A DNA stretch of 64,000 nt, taken from positions 117,445 through 181,444 of the forward strand of contig NW_005434543.1 of assembly GCF_000315625.1 (NCBI RefSeq), given 5' to 3'. Positions 13,362 through 26,427 of this stretch are shown here, piece by piece. The translations under genes and the position numbers were made by a program. The stretch's first letter is position 1, and the number at the start of each line of letters is the position of its first letter. The notes beneath the pieces were generated by a model. The model did no database searches. It was not told the DNA's origin and saw nothing but the letters and a program-made list of their open reading frames with translations. The DNA is from Guillardia theta CCMP2712. Lineage: Eukaryota > Protista > Cryptophyta.

Positions 13362-14011
13362 TACCATAAAGTGCTCGAGGGGGATCACTTGCATGATCGG
13401 ATGTACAGACACGACCAGGTCCGGCATCTCAGCGGCCAGGCACCTCCTGTACCCTGACCGTACCGTTGGCTCCAGGATCTTGGCCGTCGTTCCTCCCGCG
13501 TACCCTCCCGTCCTGTCAACCTTCTCCGACGTCCTCTTGGTGTGATGGAAGATGTTCGCCCATACGTGCGGGTACGCCACCCACCAGTTGTAGAGTCGGT
13601 TCGAGAACCAAAGCGTGTAGTCCTCCTGCTCATCCTTCAGCTCCGACTCTGACTCCCTCTTGCTCCTGCTCCACTCCCCTTCCTCGCCGTGCCCCTCGCG
13701 ATGCCCCGCCACTTTTCACCCAACGCTGAGCAACTCTCTACCTTGCTCTCCTGTTCTCCTTCTCATCCTCCCTTGTCCTCGCTCCTCCCTACACTTCAAC
13801 CTTGCACCTCCACCTCTCTCCCTCCTGTTCCTCTACCTCCTCCTGCTCTCACCAGCACATCCACTATCTTGACTTCCAGCTGGTCCTCAGGCATCATCAA
13901 GTGTAGCGCTGCCTTGAGCGAGTTGGCCGAGGCTCGATGACCCCCTCCTGCATCTCCTCGTAAGTGTGACACCCAGACGCATCTTCATCCCATCATCATC
14001 ATCATCATCAT

Positions 14012-14081
<70 letters not shown>

Positions 14082-14300
14082 GCCATCATCATCTCCATCA
14101 TCCTCTCCGTCACCTGTGTCAGACATCATGATCAGAATCTTCTTCCTTCGAGGAGCTTCCCTCTTCTTGTCTGCTGCAGCATCTTCATTCAGCTACGGAA
14201 GAGGCGCGTCAAGCTCTCCAACCTCCAGCGTCCTGATGCTCGCCATGAGCGGTCGCTTCCTCTACCCCGTCGCTCTTCTTTGACTTGGGAGCGCCATTCT
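11403..14300 (-). CDS. MGD: Monogalactosyldiacylglycerol synthase-like glycosyltransferase (GT28); multi-exon, 5' end uncertain (may extend to about 14.8 kb)
   Basis: Motifs: KKILIMMSDTG|GGHRASAN, DLVVSVHPIMQ, IPFVTCVTDLGEAHPWWF, VFGLPLRQGF, VLAIGGGEGMGKL, VCGRNQKL, GFLDNVEEYMLASDVIVSK, GSIAEAAACGRPCMVYDFLPGQEEANV. Confidence 0.9.
11583..11722. repeat. About 30-bp tandem minisatellite (ggagggggaggtagcggaggggacccagct) in the last MGD intron
   Basis: Four to five imperfect copies are directly visible. Confidence 0.85.
13990..14105. repeat. (CAT)n microsatellite in an MGD intron
   Basis: Directly visible; it splits the SDTG|GGH motif. Confidence 0.95.
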
Positions 14301-15482
14301 TCATCTCCCTTCCCGCCCAACAGTATCAGCAGGCAGCTCAACAGATGCATCGACTGCTCACTGGAGATCGAGCGAGATATGACGCCATACGCGCTTCATG
14401 TAGTTGTTGAAATGTCCCACCTGAGCCAAGTCATGAAGAGAGTCGACTGAGGACCCAGAAGGAGCGAGATGAATGAGATCGGGGTCAGAGATATGGACAA
14501 ACCTCCTCAAGCACTTCAGTCTTGATGGTGTGGATCATGCTGCTCAACTACAAAGCGGCTAGAGGGAGATACGTATTAGAACACACGACGTACTCATGTC
14601 AGGAATCGTTCGCATGCAGCTCCTTCCTTTCAGTTGCCATGGCTAATTCCATCCCCTGATTGCTCTACGGTATCGAAAGGAAGATGAAATGAACATTCTG
14701 ATTCATCTCCCCACAAGCTCCTTCCCTTCCCTGTCCATGATCCTATTTCGTGACGATTCCTGCCCCTGCTCCTGCTCTCATCTCACCACCCGCCTTCTTC
14801 TCTCCCACCTCTTCATCGACCTACTCCTCATGATCCTCCTCCCATGATCCTTCTCGCTCTGCTTGCCCTCCTCCTCCTCCTCCTCCTCCTCCTCCCCTTG
14901 CCCCCTCGATCCCTCGTGTCCTTCCAGCATTTCTCAGTCCCCCACGTCACCACCACCCCCTTCCTCCCCTAGCACTACCCACCCTTCGCAGACCCTGACC
15001 CCAACCCAGTTTCGACCTCCTTCGAGGCCCCCCTACACCCACCATTGAAAACTATTTTAGTTCACCCTACCCTATTTTTACGACTCATTTTCTGTTTAAA
15101 GTACCCGTACTCGTTTGACCCTACCCCTTCAATTCGTATATCAACTTGTTAAGACTACCCCCTTGAATCTCCACCCACGTACATCTCCTGGCAATTCAAT
15201 AAAGATTAGCTTAGTGCATTTCGAATATATTATTTAAGCTGATTTACTAAAAATTGTACTCTTGCCCAAGGCCCGGGCCGGCCAGCGCGCGGCCGCCGGG
15301 ACTGAGCCGGGCCACTGAGATGCCAACTTCAAGCCTGATGCGCGGGGCGATGTAGATGCGTGTCGCCACTGATGCCTGTTTCATATGATGATGGCATTTG
15401 GGAAGCAGATCGTGCTGCCAGCGTGTATTGAAATCACGGCAGTGATAAAAGACAGGGAGAGAGCGTAAAGAATCAACTAAGA

Positions 15483-15932
15483 ATGAAGTTTGGCAAAAGA
15501 ATGAAGGATCATCCGGAACGTCCAGATCCGCGAACGCAAACTGCCTCGGCCGCTGCAATTTGCATTCGCAACGCTGCTGCTGCTGCGTGTAGTGGAGTAC
15601 AGAGCGCATGCCCTGTGCTTAAACCTGTACTTGGCAAAGAGAAACTGGTGTCGACCTCGGAAGAGACGAAAGGAATGTTCAAGCTCACCCTGCAAAAAAG
15701 TAAGGTCTCTTCCAACATCTCAGATGGCCACACACCCTCCGAAGAGTTGTGGCACTGGTGCACAGTTGATGAGGCAAGGGTTCGTGCGGCATGGAATCGA
15801 GGAAAGGTCCGTCTTTGCAGACTTCGCCCTGCTACAACGTTACAATATGTTCTCCTCCCATCCGATTTTGACTCACGATCGCTGAAATTCCATTTGTGCA
15901 AAGTTGTCATCAAACCTTCACAAACATCGTGA
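15483..15932 (+). CDS. Hypothetical 149-aa intronless protein
   Basis: Non-repetitive ATG-started ORF, located downstream of a CCGG island and convergent with the kinase. No recognisable domain. Confidence 0.4.
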   Translation: MKFGKRMKDHPERPDPRTQTASAAAICIRNAAAAACSGVQSACPVLKPVLGKEKLVSTSEETKGMFKLTLQKSKVSSNISDGHTPSEELWHWCTVDEARVRAAWNRGKVRLCRLRPATTLQYVLLPSDFDSRSLKFHLCKVVIKPSQTS

Positions 15933-15958
15933 GAACAACCAAACACAAGCAAGAAGGA

Positions 15959-17191
15959 TTACCATCGACAATGAAGAGCAGAAGACGCCTTTGTCCTGAA
16001 GGCCGGGTCCAGCTGGAATGTTCCAAGCAGGAATCCAAGCATGTGAACCAGGCCAGGATGCCCCAACCGCTGGAAAAGAGGAAGCACAGTCATCACAGCT
16101 TTCTCCTTGTCGTAGTTTCTGTCATAGCAGATGTCCCCCCCGGAGACCTCGGGCCACATCACTCGAGACCTCAGCTTATCGATGCAGTACGATACAGCAG
16201 CCCCTGATCGTTGAAGCATGTACGACGGTATTCTCCCGCAAAGCCGTTGAATCATTGCCAGGTGCTGTGCTGGATCAATGGTTTCGAACGTTCGTTCCCC
16301 TTCAAACATTTCTAGCACGATGCATCCGACACTCCACATGTCACACGGGTATGACCATTCTAGCCCCAGCAACACCTCAGGCGCTCTGTAGTACGAGGTT
16401 TGAACTACTGTACCCGCAGGGCCACCATTCCAGGACGCACATCCGAAATCGATCAACTTCACCGACAGCGAAGGATCATCTAACGTCATTCCCGGTCTCG
16501 CCATCACCACATTCTCAGTCTTGAGATCAGCATGTACCAGCCCTGCCTTGCTGAGAAAGTCTAGAGCTTCACACAAATCTTTTGCAATCTTCCGTGCGAT
16601 CTCCATCCTGACCCCACGGGAACGTCCTCCGTTGGTGCGGTACTCCTGTAGCGCATGATGCAAGTTGTCCCCCAGTAGTTCCGTCACAATACACAGATGT
16701 CCGAACGCATGGAAGTGAGTGTAGGGTTGCACACAGTATCGACTAGCCCCCTCCCGACGAGCCAAGATATTGAGCTTGCTCGCTTCGACCAGTGCGTCTT
16801 CAGTCGACCGCTCGTCCCTTCGGACTACTTTCATAGCCACCAGTACGTTGCGTTTCGAGTCCCATGCGGAGAAGCACACACCGAATGTGCCCCTCCCAAC
16901 TTCATGGCGAGTCAGGTATCTGTCGAAGACAACCATGTTTGAGATTATGTTGGTGTCATCATTGCTGCTGATCTGGGGATGGATGGTGAGGATGTTCTGA
17001 TAGAGGAAGGGGCTGCGCTGCGAAGGGAACTGGTCTGCTACGGTAACATTGTGACCTTGAGGAGGAAGGCTGCACATGGATGCTAACGGGAGGATGTCCA
17101 GAGAGGACAAGGAGGACTGCCAAGAGCCCAGGGCCTCCTCATCGGCTTGGTACCTCCTCTTACGACTGTGGAAAGGAAGTATTTCCATCAT
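15959..17191 (-). CDS. CMGC protein kinase, CLK/LAMMER-like, intronless
   Basis: Motifs: GRGTFG, VAMKVVR, GHLCIVTELLG, LVHADLKTEN, KLIDFG, QTSYYRAPEVLLGLEWSYPCDMWSVGCI, and QHLAMIQRLCG (variant of EHLAMMERILG). Confidence 0.9.
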   Translation of the reverse strand: MMEILPFHSRKRRYQADEEALGSWQSSLSSLDILPLASMCSLPPQGHNVTVADQFPSQRSPFLYQNILTIHPQISSNDDTNIISNMVVFDRYLTRHEVGRGTFGVCFSAWDSKRNVLVAMKVVRRDERSTEDALVEASKLNILARREGASRYCVQPYTHFHAFGHLCIVTELLGDNLHHALQEYRTNGGRSRGVRMEIARKIAKDLCEALDFLSKAGLVHADLKTENVVMARPGMTLDDPSLSVKLIDFGCASWNGGPAGTVVQTSYYRAPEVLLGLEWSYPCDMWSVGCIVLEMFEGERTFETIDPAQHLAMIQRLCGRIPSYMLQRSGAAVSYCIDKLRSRVMWPEVSGGDICYDRNYDKEKAVMTVLPLFQRLGHPGLVHMLGFLLGTFQLDPAFRTKASSALHCRW

Positions 17192-17418
17192 AGTGATCTG
17201 AGATTGTTTCTACAGTGGCTGTAGAATGATCAATCTGTGCACGGAAAGTCCTGCATTCACTTGGCGATCCTCACAATAGTGCGGAGGAGGATCCCAGTCG
17301 GAGTTCGGAAATAGGATCGAACGGGAGGGCCGGAATGAGGATTGTTATGAAAAACGAGCAGAAGAAGGATGATGCGGGCGGGAGAGGAGAAGAAAGTAGA
17401 GTGTTTTTGTGAAGCAGA

Positions 17419-17419
<1 letters not shown>

Positions 17420-17474
<55 letters not shown>
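17420..17474. repeat. (GGAGCA)n microsatellite
   Basis: Directly visible. Confidence 0.95.
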
Positions 17475-17475
<1 letters not shown>

Positions 17476-17499
17476 CTGTTCAGCGCGAGTGAGGTTGGT

Positions 17500-20080
17500 G
17501 GTGGAGGGGGTTTGTGGCGCCTGTTTTAACCCTGCAAATAAACTTAATATGTGCTATTAGCAATCACAGGTCTTATTTAACCACCCACCCTTCCCTGTAT
17601 CTCTGTTCCCAAAGAAGGCTTTCTAAAACCAGTGAGGTAGTGGGATGTATATATTGTGATACTAATGGCCGACGTGTCAGATCCAGACCGGAGGCGAGTA
17701 TGTCAATACCACCCTACCCAGTGGAACGGAGTAGTAAACATATAAATCGTGTTTTATACCAATAGCAGATAAATGGCTTATGGTACCCGTGGAAATTTTC
17801 TTTTTTTCATTCGGGTGAAAACGGAACGGTTGGACTAAATTTGATCCATGTCAAAAAAACATGTTTTAAATATAAAACTTGAGATGTAAATCTACATTGA
17901 TGTTTTAAATTCAAACTCGAAAGGGAAGGGTTTGGAATCCTACCGAGAGGGTGGTACCCTACCCCTCTTCTATCGTCACTTTGATGGGAAATCGCAGGGT
18001 ACAGCATATTAACTTCAAATCAAACGCCTTCATCCGGTTTGTACCCCTCTTTCCGCCCTCTCGACTGACCGCGATTGTACCCTACCTCCTCAGTAAGCCC
18101 TTTAGCTCAGGTAAGAGGGGGTCATCATGGACCTCACGATAGAACCACTTCTCAAGTTGCCCCTCATCCCTTCCAACTTACCACATGACTGACTACCCCA
18201 CCCTTTAAACGACATGAATGAAGGCTTCAAGTATGGGGTACCTGGTCATTGCCTCACCACCCGGTCACTTCCCTATAAACTTGTATAAAACTAGGGGTTC
18301 TTTTTCCGGATCCCCCGGGACTCCCGTCGTGCGCAGGCTTGTTTTGCCCGGGCAACAGGTTTGACCATAGGGCCCTAGGACCCGTATCTTATGCCTCCTT
18401 GTTCCTAGCACCCGGGGCTATTAAGGGCTATCAACAGCAGGCTTGCCCTAAATTCCCACCGTCCCCTAGTGCGATAGGACCAAAGAATATCTCTGATGGA
18501 TATGACTCCTATGACCTCAGCAGTCTGTAAGAGTGATCCTAGGACCGGGATACCGCAGCTCCGGTACCGCAAGAAACCAAGACCTCTTAGGGGACCGGAG
18601 GGTTGGTATGACCCTCCTAGCTACCCCTAAGTACCTGTTCGCCCTGTTATATCCACTTTTGACCTCAGCGGTCAAATAAACTGCCACCTCAAACGCCCGG
18701 AAAGAAGGAAGAGGCGTTCTAACCCCTCCTCTACGCCTGGAAACTACCCCACCCATCGTCTTCCTGCCCCCTACATTCCACACCCCTGCCTGCAGATCCT
18801 TTTTGACTTGAGAAGGCTCAGGGTAAGCGAGGGGGTGGTAGGTTATGGGTATCGAGGGTGGTCTAGAAGATGGGGGTAGTCTCGTTAGAGAGTTTCCTCT
18901 TTTTGAACAATCACTTTTTACACACTAAATTGTTTTAGAAGGGTATGCGCCTACTGAATGGTACAAATCTTTCTGCTTGTTGACTGATCATATAAATAAT
19001 TTTCGCGAATGGATTTCAGAAGGTAAATTTCATTTGTTGCCGGGGATTTTATAAAAGGGTTGTAATCGCATACAATAGTACTATAACAGATAGGCTGTCA
19101 TCTTTAAAAGGTATTAGTAGTTTAAATCTATTTTTATCCCTGCTGTGTTGTTGCTTTCCCGGGGAAGGTACGGTCTCTGCCCTCGCCATGACGGCTTCTC
19201 GTGTTCCGCCCATACCGGGTGGTTTCAACTCTATCGAGGTAAAGTTTCAAAGTTTGACTGAATTATTCAAATTTAATCAAACTTTTGAAGTTCTTGAGCG
19301 CACCAGGCCCTTTTTGTTTTCTGTGAGTTCTACCGAACTTGCAAACCACTCGGATCTAGGTCACGTTACTCTCCGGTATGGTACCGTGACTGGTCAAAAA
19401 TTCGATGTTGGGGGTCAAACGGACACGTATCCTCCAAAAGACTCGTTTTCGTTCTCCTTGGGTCTACGGACGGGCCGCGGGCTGCCACGGTCGCCGGAAG
19501 CGCCCGGAGGCCCGGAGGCGACGGTCACGGCCCGAGTCGGCCCGGCCCCGGCGGGCGGGTGCCAAGGGCGACGGGACGGTCCGACGGACGTCAGTCTCAG
19601 CCAGGCGGCAGCCCGGCCGTGATGGATCGTATGCCAGCCGTGCCAGTCAGATAGCGCCGAGTTAACAAAAAACTCTCCTCAGGCCCTGTAAAGGCAAGAC
19701 GACCTACCGTACGTGTTTCCGAAGGCGGCCGTTGAATGTGGTACAGAGACGACTATCATCGGATGCTTGCCAACTTGAAGTTGGGATGCTAGAGTTCAAC
19801 TAACAAACTTGTGCTCGGCTTCACGAACCGTTAACCATACCTGGCCCCGGCCGGGGGGCTGTCAGTGTTCAACGGTTCATCTGCCAGGGGGCCGGGCGGC
19901 GCCTGGCCCGTGGGCCCGTGGCGTCCGGCGGCGATCGCGCTGTGGCACCCGGCCGGTGACCTGATTAAGTATCCTCGGAGATACACGTGGTACTCTCCAG
20001 GGAACGGCCGGAGATTTCCCGCCATTGCGCCAGGAGAGAAGAGAACGATATCACGATATGGCAGAGGCGAGATGACAAGA
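17500..20080. promoter_or_regulatory. Composite intergenic island (TACCC-rich, CCTAGG-rich, AT-rich and CCGG/GGCC-rich blocks) between the divergent kinase and CEP76
   Basis: Distinct word composition, no credible ORF, and it contains the dispersed repeat at 19628. Confidence 0.4.
19628..19720 (+). repeat. Dispersed repeat; 42-bp core identical (inverted) to 55086-55127
   Basis: cgtatgccagccgtgccagtcagatagcgccgagttaacaaa at 19628-19669 is the reverse complement of 55086-55127. Gapped similarity continues (ctgtaaa..caagacgac). Confidence 0.9.
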
Positions 20081-20087
20081 GAAGCGA

Positions 20088-20236
20088 CATCACATCACAT
20101 CACATCATATCACATCACATCACATCACATCACATCACATCACATCACATCACATCACATCACATCACATCACATCACATCACATCACATCACATCACAT
20201 CACATCACATCACATCACATCACATCACATCACATC
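20088..20236. repeat. (ATCAC)n microsatellite
   Basis: Directly visible. Confidence 0.95.
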
Positions 20237-20439
20237 ATCAAGAAAGAGCAGCGACAAAGCCAATCGTTCGCAAAGGAGGCAGAGAAAGGTAATGAGAGAA
20301 GTCAGGTTCTGTAGGAGAACGAAGAGGTTCTGCAGAGACGTCTCCGTATGGCGATAAAACCATGGCCACTTGACTTGAACTGAATTCTTGAACACGCCTC
20401 CTTGATTTCAAGGGGAACACGTTGCTGATGCTTCGCCTC

Positions 20440-23400
20440 AGATGCTGAATCGACTGGAAGGGCAGCAGAAAGAGAGATTGAAGAACATCATCAGCGATCA
20501 CTTGAAGTGAGGGATGTAATACGAGACGTGGTTGTGACTTTGCACCTTATCAGATCAACGAATGTTTATGGACAAGTTAGATCCTTCGTTCGAGATTTCC
20601 TTGAGAGCGAAGAGGGGATGGATATCAATGAAGACAAGTATTTGCTTTGCTTGCAGAGCTGGAAGGCGTTGATGATCTCGGCAGACTTCTGACCACCTTG
20701 CACGAGAAGAGGGTTGTTGAGGAAGTTCTAAACTCGCTGGGAAGAGAGCATGGGAATCAACTGTCACATAGCTCAACTCCAACGTCAGCTCTTGCCAAGA
20801 AGGCAGGAGGAAAGGTGAGGGGAGATAGGATAAGAATGTCGTGCTTGAATGATCCCATCGGCAGTTCCTGCATGTGAGGCTGAAAAAGGGGAGAGGGTTT
20901 GTCGATCATCTGCATGATGCGAGTGACGGCCAAGGGTCTCTTGTGGTACACTTGTTATGGCACGGACAGGTTGTCTCCGGCTTCATGCTTTCTTCTTCAT
21001 CATGATGGCCTCGTCACAGCGTCACGCTTCCAAGCCCGTGCCGTGCGATGTTGAGCCCAACTTCGACGATACCTTCCTGTTCCACCTCCCAGGAAGTGAG
21101 ATTCCTTTGTTAGACCGCTTCTTCCTCCTGAACCTTGACAGACTCTGACCGTCCCGTCTCTGCGCTATCCTCACCCATTCATATGGTCGTTACCCAGCAA
21201 GGGTCTGACGACAGGCTAGGTGACGTGCTGCTCTCTTGCTGCAGTCTTGTGATCGCTTGCAGAGATCATCGGTACGCAGGAGATTGAGTGGAGGAAGGTG
21301 CTTGTGTCCGGAAGACTGTCGATCGACGTTGAGCTCATGGGTTCATGAATCTCCTCACTCGCTCACTTCTTCCTCATCTTCTCTCCCTTCAGGCCTCAGT
21401 GGCGACTCAACTGTTGCCGTGGGTCTGCTGGGGCTGCAGCTGGAGCTGCTTCCCAAGGTTTTGCTCGCGTTGAGTCGTAGCTAAACTGACTGCTGGGCTA
21501 GTCTCACAACCTCCTCGCCGACGAAGTTTCCCTGGAGCAAGTCATCAAAGCGGAAAGAGAGAGCCTGTTGGAGCACGAGAGGTCGTCCCGCTCCTCTCCC
21601 CCTTCCACTCACCTCGATTGACTTCAGACGTTTCTTCAATTCCGCGAAGATCTGGTGGAAGGTAGAAGGGACTCGGCAAGGAGGGCGCCACTGACGTCTC
21701 GCACTAGGAATTCTTGCAGATCCGTCCAGAGCATGGCAACAGAATGGTGAAGATCTTCGCGAGGTTTGTGCAAGTTCATCCTGAGCCTTCTTCCTGTCAT
21801 ATCTGACACCTGACATGTCTCATTGTTGTTCACAAATTTTTGCTCTCCTCTTTCATTTCATCTCACTCTAACTCATCTTTGTGCTTGTTCTCTTTTCTCT
21901 CGTTGTGACAGAACGGAAAACGACATCAACGTTCCAGGTCCCGCATCAAATCCAATCATTCATCACTTTGCCTTCAAATCCTCCTTCCTGCTCTCTTCAT
22001 TCCTCACTCTCCACCCTTCTCCCTCAGTTTGTTCGTTTGTCCAACCGATGAGGGGAGGACGAGCCATCCGTTCTGCGGGTGAAGCATCAAGGTGCGTGAG
22101 CGCTTCGAGACTAATTTCTTGACTGCTGCGCAGGTTCGTCAGCCTCATCGAGTTTTCAAGGATGCAGCCATTAGGAAGCGGGTCAGGACGTTCAGAGGTA
22201 GGAGGAGGGGAGGAAGAAGCTTCGTCTGGCAGGACTTACAGGCTGTCTGCAGGTTTGGGCTGACATTCATACAGTTCTCAGCAGCAGGAAGAGCTTTCAA
22301 GGGTTTTCCCTTGGCTGACGCTGAGACATACAGGAGGGGAGACGTAGAAGAGCATGCGATTCTCTTGTGCAACCTGCTCCTGGTAAGAGTGGCGGCAACG
22401 AGGGAGGAGGTTGACGGAGAGAGCAGGGCTTTCGCTTCGAAGCATACTGCGTCATCGGTACAACTCTCGCTGGAGATCCGCACATGTGGGTGGCGACGTT
22501 GGAGAGGTAAGACGAGGGGGTAGAGAGCTGAAGGAGCTGCTGGCGAGGAAGAGGAGAGGCAAGTGGGAGACTCCTGCCTGACTGTATTGGAAGGGACTTA
22601 GAGCTGAACAAGATCAAAGTGACGTTCTGGGAAAGCCTGACGGGATCGAGGTCGGTCTGGGACCTGAAACGTCAAGAGCTCACTCTCACTCAGGTACAGC
22701 CATGGAGGAAGCGATTCTCCGTCCGTGCACAAGTGAGCCTTCGACCTTGTGGTCCCACTCTGACTGTCAAGAAGATACGGCAAGATAGGATGCGTCTTTA
22801 ACCATGAGGTGAACTGAGGTGACCTCGACTCGTTACTCCTCATCCTGGGCTTCCAGTCCTTCTACGCGAATGTCCAGCCCGACGACTCGGTCAGATCGTG
22901 CAGGTCAGATGCTCTTGTGCGGAGTTGCCATGACATGGGAGCAGCTTCGACCTCAACAACATGTCGCACTGGAAAGCGATGGACTCGGCAGCCGTACGGG
23001 AGATCAGGTGACCATCGCCTGATGGTTCATCATGCCCTCTAACTTCATCCCTCCCTTCTGCCTTATCTGTCTCTGCCTCCTCCAACTCTATTCGCTACAG
23101 GCGCAGGAAGCATGTACCTGAGCTCTCCTACTACCCGCTCTCGACGCACATGTGCGTTGCTGTTCGCTACAGCCATGACTGACTGACTTGAAGGATGGAG
23201 GAGGTTCTTGAGCAGAGCCTGCGGGATCTTATTTCAAAAAGGAGGTGAGGCGGGCCCTCGAGCTTGGCTCTTGGGCTCTGACTCACTCCACGAGCTGAGC
23301 TGACCCCACAGAGGCATCAACGGACTCGCGACTCACTGGGATGAAGAGCTTTGTCAGCTGCTCAGTCCTGCGCTGACTGCCTATGAGGTGTGGGAATGCT

Positions 23401-23930
23401 CGCGCTCGCTTCACCTCCTGCCCCCCTCACTCACCCGTGCAGGCTGAGCGAGTCTACGGCAGCGCTTCTGGTCTCGCTGACTTCCAGCAGAGGTGAAGCC
23501 AGGAGTCAGTCAATCAGATTCTTACTGTTTGCTTGGCAGCATAAGAAATGCTGTGCCAGACGATTTTTCCTTCAAGGTCGCCCCCTCTCCCTATCCCTCT
23601 CCTTCCTCTGAGATGTCTCTAGGGCTTTCCTATTCAGTTTTGCCATCTTTCTGCCCCCAGGATGCTCGAGGATCTACTCCGCGCCAAGGCAGCAGCCGAG
23701 ATCGTCTCGTTGCAGGTGGGGAAGGAGGGAGCGAGTCGATAGGCTGAGGAGACTGTAGGGGGGGGTCGATCGCGTTCGCTTCGCCGTAAGGTCGCATGTC
23801 GTGGTCTACCCTGAGAGGTGCGGCTTTGATCTCCATCCTCTGATGCTTCAACACTCGCTCATGCTCACTTGACAGGGTCTGTGCTGTGTGGGTGATGCTT
23901 GCTGTCGTCTACGCGCGTCTAGAGGATTAG
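20440..23930 (+). CDS. CEP76: Centrosomal protein CEP76; multi-exon, start approximate
   Basis: Motifs: LKNIISDHL..NVYGQVRSFVRD, SKPVPCDVEPNFDDTFLF, GDVEEHAILLCNLLL|GFRFEAYCVIG, HMWVAT, VTFWESLTG, IGCVFNHE, FYANVQP, WDEELCQLLSPALTAYE, IRNAVPDDFSFK|GFPIQF, VYPE..CAVWVMLAVVY. Confidence 0.9.
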
Positions 23931-23960
23931 AAGGAAAACTTCTTATGTCTCGCCTTCTCC

Positions 23961-25634
23961 TTACAAGTTCACTTCCTCTGTCGCCTGCGACTTGGCCTCC
24001 TCAAGCAGTTCGGAGAAGAGTGCTGCAAGCAAGTCACGACTACAAAAGAGCATGCGGGAGACAAACCGGTGGAGAGGTATCGCTCGCCAAACGAGGGGAT
24101 GATGACGATGATTCTCTTCCCCTTCATGTCCGGTCGCTTCGCCACCTCGCATGCAGCATGAACGGCAGCACCCGACGAGATGCCCACCAGGACGCCCTCC
24201 TGCATCCCACCTGTCAGCCTGTAGGGGAGGGACAAGGGGAGAGGGGGGATAATCGAGAGCACACCTCAGTAGCAAGGCGACGGGCCATGGCCATGGCATC
24301 GGTGGAAGGGACCTGAACGACCTCGTCGACGATGTCCATATCGCAGTTGTTGGGGATGAAGCCAGCGCCGATGCCCTGGATCTTGTGAGGCCCAGGCTTG
24401 CCACCCGACATGACTGGAGACTCCGCAGGCTCGACAGCGATGGTCTTGATATTCTTGTTCTACAATACCACGATCACATGACCAGACTCTCTGCCCTTCG
24501 CCCATCCCATTGCCTCCGCCTCCTTCCCCAGCACCAGCACTACAACGGGTTGCTCCTGCTCCTCTCTCCTTCAAAGCCATTCCTCACCTTGGACTTGAGA
24601 AAGCGGGAGCTGCCCGTAATCGTTCCACCAGTGCCAACTCCACCAAGAATTACGTCCATCTTGCCATCAGTCTGTTCCCAGATCTACAAGACACATTCAA
24701 CTGCAATTCGATGGGGGGAAGGGAGCAAGGGGCAGACGAAGCAAACCCAAAGACACAAGCATGCAAGCAAGGAGACGAGCACATAGAAAGCAGGCTGACC
24801 TCAGGTCCCGTGGTCTCCATGTGAACCTTAATGTTGTCAGGGTTGTTGAACTGCTGCGGCATCCAGGCGTTCTCTCCGAGGGAGGCAAGGATGTCTTCGG
24901 CCTTCTTGATCGCTCCCTTCATTGCAAGAGGGCCTGACACACGTCAGGCGCGAGACGATGTCAGGAGCGAGAGGAGACCGGGTGTGAGGACGAGCTTGGC
25001 CCCGAGGGCCTTGAACATGACGCGCCTCTCGAGCGACATGGTCTCGGGCATCACAAGAGTGATATCGTAGCCCTTAGCAGCCGCCACCATAGCCAACCCG
25101 ATGCCGGTGTTTCCTGAGGTGGGCTCGACGATGACGGTCTTGCCGGGAGTGATCTCTCCGCGTTTCTCGGCCTCGTTGATCATGGAGAGCCTGAGGATCG
25201 CGAGGTCAACGCGCCGAAACCCGCCGGCTGCTTCAAACCCACCCGATACGATCCTTGACGGAGCTGCAGGGCTCCATGCTCTCGAGCTTCGCGATGACTT
25301 CAGCATGGCAGCCTTCGGTGACCTTGTTGAGCTTGAGGAGAGGAGTTCTGCCGATCAGCTGGGTAATGTCATCGGCTATCTTGGGATGCTGGAGGTTGTA
25401 TGCCATCTTGACAGAGTTTCTTCTATGCGGGGCAACTGTTGCTGGCAGCCAAACCGTCACGTCTTAACCTCAGACAAGATGCTGTTACCTCGGGTACTCC
25501 AAGACTGGGTGGGAGAGGATCTCAGGAAAGGTGAATGAAATACGCTGAAGCAATCAACTGCAGTGACTGAACAGAAGATTAGAACAACAGCAGACAAGTC
25601 ATTACTGTCATCAACAACTTGAACTGAATCGTCA
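23961..25634 (-). CDS. cysK: Cysteine synthase (O-acetylserine thiol-lyase), probably plastid-targeted; multi-exon
   Basis: Motifs: [108 protein letters not shown]. The N-terminus has a hydrophobic stretch ending VDC|F followed by an S/R-rich transit-like peptide. Confidence 0.95.
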
Positions 25635-26427
25635 TCACACTGAGACTAATCCTATGAATCTCGTAAGCAGACCCTTCTCGACATCTATCGGTTCAAATCT
25701 ACTTGAACTATTCTCCATTAAACATCGCGAATACTTTTCCCAGTCTAAAGAATAGAGTAAGCAACTGCCAGGGAGCATAGAGTGAGCAACTGCCCTGCGA
25801 GGGAGGCATGGGAACTTCGTCAGTGAATCGACAAAGACTTAACCCTTAAACTCCGCCCACATTCTCTGCACATGACCATAGGGAGGCTTTGCATGGCATG
25901 CCACGAGTGACAAGCAGGACTCTCACACCAACCATTCAATCAAAAGAAATCATTTGGCACGTCGGAATCAAGACCAAACTGATTTGAAGCTTATAGACAA
26001 TCACATCCCACAGTGTCATCCAGCGTTTTGGGGAACATGTATAGCAGGCACAGGAAACACAGAACTGCTCGTGTATTCCTCCAACAACATCAAGAGCACA
26101 CAAAAGAGAATTTCTAGCCCAGAAAAACGAGTGCACATACAAATAAAATTCATCATCCATATTGGTACTTTGTAGTAGATCAACAATGGGCTATCTATCA
26201 AGTATACAGAATTTGACGAAATAAAACCAGTGAAATCATCTCCTTTCATCACCACTTTCCAAAGTAAACTCAAGAAGTTTAATCTCAACTACAACTATGA
26301 AAAACATTTCCTTAGCCTTCACCATTCATACGTCTCAATACCATTCCAACCCTTTCATCGCCCTCATCATTTTCACCACCACCACCACCACCACCACCAC
26401 GACTATTATCGTCATCATCGTCATCTC

